Shown in pieces: positions 1-9,351 of a stretch of 64,000 nucleotides of DNA; position 1 is the stretch's first letter, and each line of letters opens with the position of its first letter. The position numbers and the translations under genes are program-made. The notes below the pieces were generated by a model, which was not told where the DNA came from, did not search any database, and saw only the letters and a program-made list of their open reading frames with translations. Origin of the DNA: an uncultured Chloroflexia bacterium (GTDB lineage Bacteria; Chloroflexota; Chloroflexia; Thermomicrobiales; UBA6265); contig CAVVQC010000003.1 in the NCBI GenBank assembly GCA_963750275.1, forward strand, positions 145,034-209,033. Reading direction: 5' to 3'.

Positions 1-45
1 AACGCCGCATGACGAGAATGGATATGCAACGAGGATGACGACACC

Positions 46-987
46 ATGTCGGTAGTCGCGGGATCCACCTCCATCGCCAATGAGAGCACGCAGACGCGAC
101 GTCGCCGGCGCCCCTCCTTTCTCCCCTATTTGCTGGCTATTCCGATTCTGATCTATGAAGGCATCTTTGTTCTCTATCCGATTTATGAGGGTGTCAAATC
201 GAGCTTCTATACACAGGCGAACCTGGGAACCCCGCCGATCTGGGTGGGACTGAAGAACTACCAGCGCCTGATTCACGATGACTTCTTTTGGAATTCGCTA
301 AAACAGACGTCGCTCTTTATGGCCGGCGTGATCGTGGTATCGATCGGGTTCGGCTTACTTTCCGCGGTGGTGCTCAACCGCGCCTTTATGGGCCGATCGG
401 CTGCGCGCGGAATCATCACCCTGCCCTGGGCCTTTCCCGAAGTACCGGCGGCTCTTATCTTCATCTGGATGCTCAATCCCCAGTTCGGCGTGATGAACGT
501 CTTCGCCGGCTGGCTGCCATGGATTGGCCAGAATCCGAAATGGCTGCTCGACCCCGATCTGGCGCTGTTATCGGTGATTCTGATCACCGCCTGGAAGGGC
601 TTTCCGTTCTACAGCCTGGTAATCCTGGCGTCGTTACAAACCGTGCCGAGCGAGCTCACCGAAGCCGCCCGCGTCGACGGCGCAAGCCGCTGGCAAGCCT
701 TTCGAGCAGTGACCTTTCCCTATATCACGCCAACCCTGATGCTCCTGGTGGTACTGGCGGCGATCTATGCCTTCAAACAGTTCACCATCATCTGGCTGTT
801 GACAGGCGGTGGCCCCGCGGGTGCAACCGATACGATCGTCATCCGCATCTACCAGACGGCCTTCCGCTTCTATGACTTCTCATATGCGGCCACGATCGGC
901 GTGGCCGGATTCCTGGTCGTGCTGGGGATCGCCCTGATCTTCCTCTATATCCAACGGCGGCAGGAACTGGCAGGAGGCCGGGTATGA
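46..987 (+). CDS. Carbohydrate ABC transporter (CUT1) permease, MalF/UgpA-like
   Basis: 313 aa, multiple hydrophobic helices, EAA loop 'LTEAARVDGASRWQAFRAVTFP', C-terminal 'GGGPAGAT...YAATIG'. Confidence 0.92.
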   Translation: MSVVAGSTSIANESTQTRRRRRPSFLPYLLAIPILIYEGIFVLYPIYEGVKSSFYTQANLGTPPIWVGLKNYQRLIHDDFFWNSLKQTSLFMAGVIVVSIGFGLLSAVVLNRAFMGRSAARGIITLPWAFPEVPAALIFIWMLNPQFGVMNVFAGWLPWIGQNPKWLLDPDLALLSVILITAWKGFPFYSLVILASLQTVPSELTEAARVDGASRWQAFRAVTFPYITPTLMLLVVLAAIYAFKQFTIIWLLTGGGPAGATDTIVIRIYQTAFRFYDFSYAATIGVAGFLVVLGIALIFLYIQRRQELAGGRV

Positions 988-1884
988 GCATTCCGATTTC
1001 GGCCTTGCCCCCAGCCCAGAACCGCCCCAACAAACCGACCATCAGCCAGAGATTGGGGAAGGTGGGATTTGCGCTCGTCGTCATTCTTATTTGCGCGATC
1101 ACCTTCTTCCCCATCTACTGGATGCTGGTGACCACCATCCAACCCACCAAGCTGACGCTGCACTTCCCGCCGTCGCTCTTACCGCAAGCGTTCGATCTCT
1201 CGTCGTACCGTGAGGTCTTCGACAAACAACCAGTCGGTCGCTGGATCCTCAATTCGATCATCCTCTCGACCATCACGACGGTCATCTGCGTGGTATTGGC
1301 CATCTTCGGAGGCTATGCCCTGTCCGCCTTACGGTGGCGCGGAAGAGGGCTCTTCGCCGATCTTCCTGCTCATGACACAGATGCTGCCGGAAGCGTTGAT
1401 CATCGTGCCGGTGTTCAAGCTCTTCGTTGACTTCCCGATCATCCATCAGGACATCCGCAACAGTCTGCCGGCAGTGGCACTGATCGATGCAGCCTTCATC
1501 CTGCCCATTTGTGTCTGGGTCATGAAGAACATGTTCGACACCGTGCCAAACGAGGTACGCGAAGCAGCCACTGTGGACGGCGCGGGACCGTTGCGCATTC
1601 TCTTCCAGATCGTTATGCCAATCGCGCTACCCGGCGTCGTGGCGGTTGGCGTGGTGGCATTCTTCTACGCGTGGAATGAGTTCCTGTTCGCACAGACCAT
1701 GATCCAGAACCAGCAATTGAAACCGGCATCGGTCGGACTGGCCGGCATGATCACCATGCTCGACACCCCGGTACCGCTCCTCCTCGCCGCGGGCATGCTC
1801 TTCGCGATTCCACCCATCGTTTTCTATCTGGCTATGCAACGCTACATCGTCGCGGGTATTGCCGCTGGCGCGGTGAAGGGATAG
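984..1884 (+). CDS. Carbohydrate ABC transporter (CUT1) permease, MalG/UgpE-like; one +1 frameshift near 1359
   Basis: ORF 984..1430 joins ORF 1210..1884 as 'WRGRGLFA|IFLLMTQMLP'; EAA loop 'EAATVDGAG'; ATGA overlap with the upstream stop. Confidence 0.88.
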
Positions 1885-1988
1885 GAAGAAGGACCTGGCA
1901 ACTCGTTACCGAATAGCAACGTTCGATTGCGTGAATCAGGCGTTCACCAATGGCTCATAACGAATTACTTGTTACGGGGAAGGACCAC

Positions 1989-2999
1989 ATGACCAAGAAA
2001 ATTGTGCTGGCGTATGCAAACCCAGACGAGATCGGACCCGAGCTTGAGATTTTGAGCAGTGGTGATTTCGAAGTGATTGCCACGAAAGGTGGACTGGTCA
2101 CCGGCAAGCAACTTACCGATCCAGACATCTGGCCGCTGGTGCAGGACGCGTCGGCATTGCTGACGGGGTTGCATGTCGTCTCCGCCGAGATGATGGACCA
2201 GATGCCAAATCTGGAGCTGGTCACCCGCGTCGGAACCGGCTACGACGCCATCGATTTCGACGCCGCCGCAGAACGCGGGATCTGGGTCACCAATGTGCCC
2301 GACTACTCGATCGACGAAGTCTCCGCCCATGCCATTGCGCTTTCGCTGGCGTTGGTACGACATCTCTTCGAACACCGGCAAACCGGTCAAAGCGGGACTT
2401 GGCGCTACATGGGCCACACACCGATCAAGCGGTTGGCCAATCTCACCTTCGGCGTGGTTGGGCTCGGCCGGATCGGCAAGGCCTCGGCCCGCAAAGCGGC
2501 TGGTCTGGGCATGTCGGTCATGGCCTACGACCCCTATCTCCCGCAGGGCGACTTCGATTCGGTCGATGCCGTTTCGGTCGACTTCGACACCCTGATGTCG
2601 ACCGCGGACATCGTCTCGCTACATGTGCCGCTCAACGCGGAGACGCGCGGCATGATCGACGCGCGCGCGCTTTCCCTGATGAAACCAACCGCTTTCCTGA
2701 TCAACACCGCCCGCGGCCCGGTGGTAGATGTACCGGCGTTAGTAGCGGCGGTGCAGGCAGAGCAGCTTGCAGGCGCAGGCATCGATGTGCTCCCGGTCGA
2801 GCCATGCCCGGTGGACGACCCAGTCCTGCACGAGCCACGCATTATCGTGACCCCGCATCTGGCGGCCTCCTCGGTGGAAGCAGTGCATGACGTACGCATT
2901 CGCGGCGCGGAAGAAGCGTTCCGGGTGTTGACTGGCCATGCGCCGAAATACCCAGTGAACGCACCAACCAATCCGCGAAACGCGGCCCATGAGTCGTAG
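1989..2999 (+). CDS. D-isomer-specific 2-hydroxyacid dehydrogenase (SerA/CtBP-like)
   Basis: GxGxIG motif 'VVGLGRIG', 'NTARG', 'DVLPVEP', 'TPHLA'; ATG 1989 preceded by GGAAGGA. Confidence 0.9.
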   Translation: MTKKIVLAYANPDEIGPELEILSSGDFEVIATKGGLVTGKQLTDPDIWPLVQDASALLTGLHVVSAEMMDQMPNLELVTRVGTGYDAIDFDAAAERGIWVTNVPDYSIDEVSAHAIALSLALVRHLFEHRQTGQSGTWRYMGHTPIKRLANLTFGVVGLGRIGKASARKAAGLGMSVMAYDPYLPQGDFDSVDAVSVDFDTLMSTADIVSLHVPLNAETRGMIDARALSLMKPTAFLINTARGPVVDVPALVAAVQAEQLAGAGIDVLPVEPCPVDDPVLHEPRIIVTPHLAASSVEAVHDVRIRGAEEAFRVLTGHAPKYPVNAPTNPRNAAHES

Positions 3000-3094
3000 T
3001 ACAGGACCTCCGCGTCCTGCCATCACCGGTCCGTAGCGAAGGACCTCCGTGTCCTGTCGTCGTCGTCCGTAGTTCAGGATCTCCGTGTCCTGCC
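2995..3094 (+). repeat. Three tandem CGTAG-tagged hairpin repeats (CGTAG-N3-AGGAY-CTCCGY-GTCCTG), period about 36-37 bp
   Basis: GTAG at 2996, 3033 and 3069, each followed by an AGGAC...GTCCT stem; the first TAG is the stop codon of the upstream gene. Confidence 0.8.
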
Positions 3095-3165
3095 ACGTTC
3101 CCCCGGCTGAAGCCCGGGGCTCACAAAGCAAAGATCCTCCGGACCTGAGGAGGCGACACCACGAT

Positions 3166-3302
3166 TGTCATTCTGAACGAAGTGAAGAATCTCTCCCGTG
3201 GGGGTAATGCTCCCGAGATTCGCGTAGGACATCAAAGTCTCAATGCTGATGAATGCAGAGGGCGCCAACGAGAGAGATTCTTCGCTGACGCTCAGAATGA
3301 CA
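3166..3302. repeat. Inverted pair of TGTCATTCTGA-N-GAAGAATCTCTC REP-like elements (family B)
   Basis: 3166..3195 TGTCATTCTGAACGAAGTGAAGAATCTCTC and 3272..3302 GAGAGATTCTTCGCTGACGCTCAGAATGACA flanking a unique spacer. Confidence 0.85.
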
Positions 3303-3417
3303 AAAAGGTAGCGTCGAGCCGGACCTGCAAAGTTGAGGCCGGACACCACCGCCCCGGGTTGAAACCCGGAACGCGCCATACGAAACCTCGACGAGGTTGA
3401 AAACGAAGGAGCAAGAC

Positions 3418-4302
3418 ATGGAATTCGGGGTCATGATCTCACCGGTTCCCCGCAAGGGAACCATGCAGGAAATGGTCGAAGCAAACGAGCGGATACTCGA
3501 GGTCGCCAACCGCAATAAATGGGGTCTCTGGTTTGTCGACCACCTGCAGCAAGGAGAGATGCCGTATCTCGAATGCTGGACCCAGATGGTCCACACCTCG
3601 GCCCGCTATCCGGATCTGACGATCGGGCCGATCGTCCTTTGCCAGAGCTACCGGAATCCGGGCCAGTTGGCGAACATGGCCGCAACCCTGCAATTCCTCT
3701 CCGGCGGCAAGTTGATCTTCGGAATCGGCGCCGGCTGGAAAGAAGACGAATATCTTGCCTACAACTACGAATTTCCACGTCCGGGCGTGCGACTGGATCA
3801 GCTCGAGGAAGCAATCGATGTGATCACCGCGCTCTGGACCGGCGAACGGGTGACGGTCGAGGGTGAACACTATCGGGTGACCGACGCCATCGCGCTGCCG
3901 GCGCCCGATCCGATACCGCCCATCATGATCGGCGGCAATGGCAATCGCACGATTGGGATCGCGGCACGCCGAGCCGACTGGTGGAACTCGGACCTGCTCC
4001 CCGTGGACGCCTTCAAGGAAAAGCTCGCCCTGCTGCGCGATAAGTCGGTTGCCGCGGGACGCGCGGCCGACGCGGTGCGTCCGACCGCGTTCAACATGCT
4101 GAGTCTCTCCGCAGATCCCGATAAAGTCATGCGCCAACCACCGCGCGAGGGCATCCACATGATCGCCGGCACGCCCGACGAGGTCCGCGACCAGCTCCGG
4201 GAGTATCAGGATGCCGGGGTGAGCTATATGCAGATCAATTTCATGGACTTCCCGGATGTGGAAGCAGTAGAGCTGTTCGAAGAGATTGCGAAGGACTTTT
4301 AG
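3418..4302 (+). CDS. LLM-class (luciferase-like) flavin/F420-dependent oxidoreductase
   Basis: 'WFVDHL', 'RNPGQLANMAATLQFLSGGKLIFGIGAGW', 'PPIMIGG', 'GTPDEV'; RBS AAGGAG before ATG 3418. Confidence 0.9.
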   Translation: MEFGVMISPVPRKGTMQEMVEANERILEVANRNKWGLWFVDHLQQGEMPYLECWTQMVHTSARYPDLTIGPIVLCQSYRNPGQLANMAATLQFLSGGKLIFGIGAGWKEDEYLAYNYEFPRPGVRLDQLEEAIDVITALWTGERVTVEGEHYRVTDAIALPAPDPIPPIMIGGNGNRTIGIAARRADWWNSDLLPVDAFKEKLALLRDKSVAAGRAADAVRPTAFNMLSLSADPDKVMRQPPREGIHMIAGTPDEVRDQLREYQDAGVSYMQINFMDFPDVEAVELFEEIAKDF

Positions 4303-4440
4303 GCAAGAGGCATTGGGCAAGAGGCGAAAATAGAACAAATGAAGCGTCACGAACATCCATCTGAATACCTGCTTGGCGGACGACGTGTCCTTGCATCGAT
4401 GTCCACTATTGCCTTTTGCCTTTTGCCCATTGCCCAGGTG
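4300..4440. repeat. Heptamer-arm inverted element (GGCAA-type heptamers ... TTGCCYN x4), copy 1
   Basis: Left arm 4300..4330 taggcaa-gaggcat-tgggcaa-gaggcga; right arm 4409..4436 ttgcctt-ttgcctt-ttgccca-ttgccca followed by GGTG. Confidence 0.75.
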
Positions 4441-4445
4441 CACCC

Positions 4446-5588
4446 ATGAACCACGAACTCCAGAAAACCTGCGAAGAGCTGCGGCGCATCGGAGCCGATG
4501 GCGCCGTGCTGGGCTCGATCGAGAATGTCACCTATGTGACCAATGTCGAACAACCGGTACCGGTCGGCGCGCTGGCCGCGACCACCGTGGCCCCCTGGTT
4601 GGCCGTAATCTCTGCCAAAGATGAGCGTGGAATCGTGGTCGCGCCGGACGGAGTTGCGCCTGGCTTGCGGGAAAACGCCCCGGGGTTCGACGTCATCGGG
4701 TTCCCGACGTTCGACAGCTTCGTGGCAACCGATCCCCGTGCACGCTATGTCGAAGGATTGACCCAGGCATTGACCGAGCTCGGACTGGATTCGAGCACAG
4801 CAACAGTAGCGGTCGAATCGGAAGCGGTTCCGCTGCTGGCAGGACCATTGATCTCGGGCAAGCAGCTCGAAGCCGCCGAGGCGTTGCGCCGGGCGCGCTG
4901 GATCAAAACCGAACGCGAGATCGGTCTGCTGCGCACCGCAGCAAAACTGGCCGATATTGGGCATACCACCCTCGATCAGCTTTGCGAGGAAGCTGGCAAG
5001 AACGAGATCGCCATGTGGTGCGAGATCGCGAACCAGATCTTCATGGAAGCCGGCCGGGAAATCCCGCTCTCCGGCGAGCTGGTGACCGGTCCACGCTCGA
5101 CCGTGGTGCTCTATCCCAACGGACCGCACAATCGCATCACCGAGATCGGTGACGCCGCCCTCATGGACCTGAGCGGCAGACACCAGGGCTATTGGTTCGA
5201 CTGCACCAATACCCACATCATCGGCAGGCAACCAACTTCTGAAGAAAAACGCTATGCCAGGGCGTCGCAAGACGCCTGTGAGGCGGCGATGGCCGCGCTC
5301 AAACCAGGTGCGAAAGCCAGCGACGCCGCCAATGCCGCCGAAGCCGCCTTTGCCAAACATGGGTTGCCAATGGCGCACTATGCAGGCCATCAGATCGGGG
5401 TATCGGTCAACGAACTGCCCCGGCTCGTTCCATACGATCATTCCGTAATCGAACCGGGCATGGTGTTTTCTGTGGAACCCGGAGCCTATCAAGGGAAGGA
5501 CGGCACATTCGGCGCACGTTCGGAAAAGATGGTGCTCGTCACCGCAAGCGGACCAGAAATTCTTTCGACATTCACATGGGGGATCTAG
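4446..5588 (+). CDS. M24 family (Xaa-Pro peptidase/creatinase-like) hydrolase
   Basis: Creatinase-like N-domain plus candidate metal ligands 'DLSG...WFDCTNT', 'GHQIG', 'VEPG', 'RSEK'. Confidence 0.85.
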   Translation: MNHELQKTCEELRRIGADGAVLGSIENVTYVTNVEQPVPVGALAATTVAPWLAVISAKDERGIVVAPDGVAPGLRENAPGFDVIGFPTFDSFVATDPRARYVEGLTQALTELGLDSSTATVAVESEAVPLLAGPLISGKQLEAAEALRRARWIKTEREIGLLRTAAKLADIGHTTLDQLCEEAGKNEIAMWCEIANQIFMEAGREIPLSGELVTGPRSTVVLYPNGPHNRITEIGDAALMDLSGRHQGYWFDCTNTHIIGRQPTSEEKRYARASQDACEAAMAALKPGAKASDAANAAEAAFAKHGLPMAHYAGHQIGVSVNELPRLVPYDHSVIEPGMVFSVEPGAYQGKDGTFGARSEKMVLVTASGPEILSTFTWGI

Positions 5589-6581
5589 ATGTCGGTTCTC
5601 TCTGAGGGCGCCCTCGATCTGACGACCGATCAGGCGCTCTGGCTCTTGCGCGAGATGCTGCGCATTCGCCGGGTAGAAGAAGCACTGGCGCGTTCCTACG
5701 CGCAGGGACTCATTCCCGGAGCCTGCCATACCTATATCGGGCAGGAAGCAATCGCGGTTGGCGTCTGCGCGAATCTCCGCAAGGACGATGTGGTTTTCAG
5801 CACCCACCGCGGGCATGGGCATGCGCTGGCCAAAGGCGCGCCCGCGCGTGAAGTCATGGCCGAGCTCTTCGGCAAAGCGACCGGCGTTTCCAAGGGACGC
5901 GGCGGCTCGATGCACCTCTTCGTGCCAGAAGTCGGTCTCATGGGCACAACTGGTATCGTCGGCCCGAACATCCTGCAAGCCACCGGCGCGGGCTACAGCT
6001 TCCAATTGATGAAAACCGACCAGGTGAGCGTCGCCTTCTTCGGCGATGGCGCGGTGAACAACGGCGCTTTCCATGAGGGCATCAATATGGGAGCCATCTG
6101 GGGCTTGCCGGTAGTCTACGTCTGCGAAAACAATCAATACGCCACCGAGGTTCCCTTCGACTACGCCACGCGCAACACCGATGTCGCGGAACGCGCGCGG
6201 TCATATGGCATCCCCGGCGTGACGGTCGATGGCAACGACGTGTTGGCGGTTACCGAAGCCGCCGCAGCGGCGATCGAGCGAGCCCGCTCAGGTGGCGGTC
6301 CATCCCTGATCGAAGGTAAGACCTATCGCACCCGCCCGCACGCCGAGGGGATGCGCGACGGCGGGTATCGCACGGAAGCAGACATCGAGGCCTGGAAGCA
6401 ACGCGACCCGATCATCCTCCTGGAAGCGCGTCTGCTCGACCGGGAGATCGCCACCCAGCAGCAGGTTGACGATGTCCGGCAGGAGATCGAAGACGTCGTA
6501 GCCGAAGGACTCGAGTTTGCAAAGTCGAGTCCCTATCCGGAGCCGGAAACCGCCGCGCTCCATATCTATGGAAAGAGCTAA
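5589..6581 (+). CDS. TPP-dependent 2-oxoacid/acetoin dehydrogenase E1 alpha subunit
   Basis: 'GQEA', 'STHRGHGH', 'GRGGSMH', TPP motif 'GDGA...ENNQYA'. Confidence 0.93.
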   Translation: MSVLSEGALDLTTDQALWLLREMLRIRRVEEALARSYAQGLIPGACHTYIGQEAIAVGVCANLRKDDVVFSTHRGHGHALAKGAPAREVMAELFGKATGVSKGRGGSMHLFVPEVGLMGTTGIVGPNILQATGAGYSFQLMKTDQVSVAFFGDGAVNNGAFHEGINMGAIWGLPVVYVCENNQYATEVPFDYATRNTDVAERARSYGIPGVTVDGNDVLAVTEAAAAAIERARSGGGPSLIEGKTYRTRPHAEGMRDGGYRTEADIEAWKQRDPIILLEARLLDREIATQQQVDDVRQEIEDVVAEGLEFAKSSPYPEPETAALHIYGKS

Positions 6582-6582
6582 C

Positions 6583-7602
6583 GTGGTTACGGCAGTCCAG
6601 AACGGAACGGCAACCGGTATGCGCGAGCTGACCTTCACCACCGCAGCTCGCGAAGCGCTCGACGAGGAGATGGAGCGCAACCCGCGCATCTTCGTAGTCG
6701 GCGAAGGGATCGGTGAACGCGGCGGCAACTTCAACACCACCCTCGGCCTCTACGAGAAGTACGGTCCGGAACGATTGCGCGATACGCCGATCGCTGAGCG
6801 CGGTTTCATCGGCATGTGCACCGGCGCGGCCATGACCGGAACCCGGCCGGTGGTCGACTTCATGTTCCTCGACTTCGCCCTGGATGCGTTTGGCGAGATG
6901 GTCAACCAGATCGCCAAAATGCAGTACATGTCGTCCGGGCGGCTGGAGATGCCCATGGTGCTCCGCGGCTGCATCGGCATCGGCGGCGCGTCGGCCACCC
7001 ATCACTCCGGCAACTACTACCCGATCTTCGCGCACCTTCCCGGATTCCGGGTAGTCATCCCGACCACTCCGCGCGATGCCAAGGGGTTGTTGAAAACTGC
7101 CCTGCGCGGACCCGATCCGGTGCTCTTCCTGGAGCACAAACTCTTGCTCAATGTGAAGGGCGACGTGCCGGACATCGAAGCTGACGAAATGATCCCCTTC
7201 GGCAAAGCCGCCATTCGCCGGCAGGGAACCGACGCGACCGTAGTCGCCATCGGCGCAATGGTCGACAAGTCGGTGCAAGCAGCGGAAACGCTGGCGGGTG
7301 AAGGCGTGGAAATCGAAGTCATCGATCTGCGCTCGATCGCGCCAATGGACGAGGAGACGATTCTTGCCTCAGTGGCCAAGACCGGCCGGCTGCTGATCGT
7401 CGATGAGGACTTCCAACCCTGTGGCATGGGTGCCGAGATTTCCGCCGTGGTGATGGAGCAGGCGTTCGACGAGCTCGACGCCCCGGTCCAGCGCCTGAAC
7501 GGCATCTTCACCCCGGTGCCCTATTCACCGGTACTGGAAAACGCAGTGACCTTGTCCCGCGAGCAGATTCTGCAAGCGATGCGGGACTTACTGGCGGAGT
7601 AA
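6583..7602 (+). CDS. TPP-dependent dehydrogenase E1 beta subunit (alternative ATG at 6568)
   Basis: 'DTPIAERG', 'NQIAKMQYMSSG', 'IDLRSIAPMD', 'ELDAPVQR'. Confidence 0.93.
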   Translation: MVTAVQNGTATGMRELTFTTAAREALDEEMERNPRIFVVGEGIGERGGNFNTTLGLYEKYGPERLRDTPIAERGFIGMCTGAAMTGTRPVVDFMFLDFALDAFGEMVNQIAKMQYMSSGRLEMPMVLRGCIGIGGASATHHSGNYYPIFAHLPGFRVVIPTTPRDAKGLLKTALRGPDPVLFLEHKLLLNVKGDVPDIEADEMIPFGKAAIRRQGTDATVVAIGAMVDKSVQAAETLAGEGVEIEVIDLRSIAPMDEETILASVAKTGRLLIVDEDFQPCGMGAEISAVVMEQAFDELDAPVQRLNGIFTPVPYSPVLENAVTLSREQILQAMRDLLAE

Positions 7603-7688
7603 TGAAGCTGGTCCGGTGGGTTCCCCCAGGATAAAGCCAGGGGCTCACCGGCCCAGCCGCACCAAGACCGTGAGCGCGGCCACCAGAT

Positions 7689-7835
7689 TGTCATTCTGAA
7701 CGTAGTGAAGAATCTCTCTCGTGGCCGCGCAGGAACAATCGATCGATATCGCAGCATGTTTTCAAATGCGAGACCGTCGTATAACCCCACCACCCGCCGC
7801 GGCGGGGAGATCCTTCGCTGACGCTCAGGATGACA
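7689..7835. repeat. Second inverted pair of family B elements
   Basis: 7689..7718 TGTCATTCTGAACGTAGTGAAGAATCTCTC and 7807..7835 GAGATCCTTCGCTGACGCTCAGGATGACA, near-identical to the arms at 3166..3302. Confidence 0.85.
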
Positions 7836-7901
7836 CCCAGTTGGTAGGGACGCGACGACATCTCTCACACGTGAAGTTGTAGATCATGGCAGGAGCAAAC
7901 G

Positions 7902-9276
7902 GTGCCAAGTGAAATCGTGATGCCGCGTCTCGGCTGGACCATGGAAGTCGGCACCGTGGTCGAATGGCTGAAGGCGAACGGCGACCCGGTCGAGGCCGGA
8001 GACCATATCTTCGCGGTCGAAAGCGATAAGGCGATTGTCGAAGTCGAATCGCTCGACTCCGGCGTGCTGTTCATCCCGGACGCAACGCCAATCGGGGTCG
8101 AGGTACCAGTGGGCCAGGCACTTGGGTTCATTCTGGCCCCGGGCGAGACGCCGCCATCCTACTCATTCGAAAGTGGATCGGTTTCGCCAGCGCCGCAGGA
8201 CTTCGGGAAACCAATCGACGGCGATATTCCCGTCGATCCTGGATCGGCGACTGCGGCAGTCAATGGCAATCATGCCGGCACTATGCCGGTCAGCCCGCGG
8301 GCCCGTCGGGTGGCAGGAGAGTTGGGAGTCGATCTCCATGCCGTCATTGGTACCGGCAAGGGCGGCCGCATTCGCGAGCAGGACGTACGCGCTGCCGCCA
8401 CGGCAACTCCCATCGCTGCTCCCGAACCCCGCGCAACACCCAGCGTGCGAAAAATGGCCGAGGAGATCGGAGTCGATCTCCGAACGATTCCAAGCAGCCG
8501 CCCAGGCGGACGTATCACCCGCGCCGATTTGTCCCGCGGAGCTGCCTCACCTGCCGTTGCATCGCGCGAGGGAACTGCTTCACCGATCAGCCCGATCCGG
8601 CGCGCAATTCGCGACCGGATGAGTCGAAACCGCCCGCACAGTCGCACCGGTCACACTGACAACCGAAGCCGACGCCACCGAGCTGTGGGATTTCCGCGAA
8701 CGGCTCAAGCGCGATCTCCGGACCCCGGACCCCGGACTCCACACCCCATCGATCACCGATCTGCTGGTGCGTATCTCCGCGCTGGCCCTGGTCGATCAAC
8801 CAGAGCTGAATGTACGACTCGATGGCGACACAATCATCCAGTACGAATCGGCGCATATTGGCATCGCGGTCGATACGGAACGGGGGTTGCTGGCCCCGGT
8901 GCTGCGCGATGCCGACCGCAAGTCGATTCACGACATCGCGGCGGAATCAACCGAGCTGATCGGAAAGACGCGCAATGGCACCATCGCCGCCGAACAGCTC
9001 AAGGGGAGCACCTTCACGGTCACCAATCTCGGGATGTTCGAGATCGACGCCTTCACGCCGATTCTCAATCTGCCGGAAGCAGCCATCCTGGGCGTCGGTC
9101 GCATTGTGCCGAAACCGGTAGTCATCGATATCGATACAGAAACAATCGCTATTCGGCGGATGCTCTACCTGAGCCTGACCTTCGATCACCGCGTCGTCGA
9201 TGGCGCACCCGCGGCCCGTTTCCTGCAACGGATCAAAGGCATGGTCGAACGCCCCCTGGTGGCATTGACGCGATAG
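7902..9276 (+). CDS. Dihydrolipoamide acyltransferase E2 (lipoyl domain, two E3-binding domains, catalytic domain); +1 frameshift near 8628
   Basis: Lipoyl motif 'VESDKA'; PSBDs 'SPRARRVA...GTGKGGRI' and 'TPSVRKMA...PGGRIT'; catalytic 'DHRVVDG'; removing one A of CGAAACC restores 'RMSRTARTVAPVTLTTEAD'. Confidence 0.9.
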
Positions 9277-9319
9277 TCATGCGGGAAAAACGCCGCTCGA
9301 ATCGATGACGACGGTGGCA

Positions 9320-9347
9320 ACAACGCGAGGGGTTCCTCTCGCGTTGT
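9320..9347. terminator. Hairpin between convergent genes (putative terminator)
   Basis: ACAACGCGAGGG-gttc-CTCTCGCGTTGT, 12-bp stem. Confidence 0.6.
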
Positions 9348-9351
9348 GACC

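Noticed and set aside
2995-3094. Mini-CRISPR (period about 36 bp)
   Set aside because: Units are about 25-bp hairpins with only about 10-nt linkers; this fits GTAG-REP tandem repeats.
4347-6137. 596-aa minus-strand ORF
   Set aside because: Antisense shadow of the M24 and E1 alpha genes; no motifs; expected from GC-rich codon bias.
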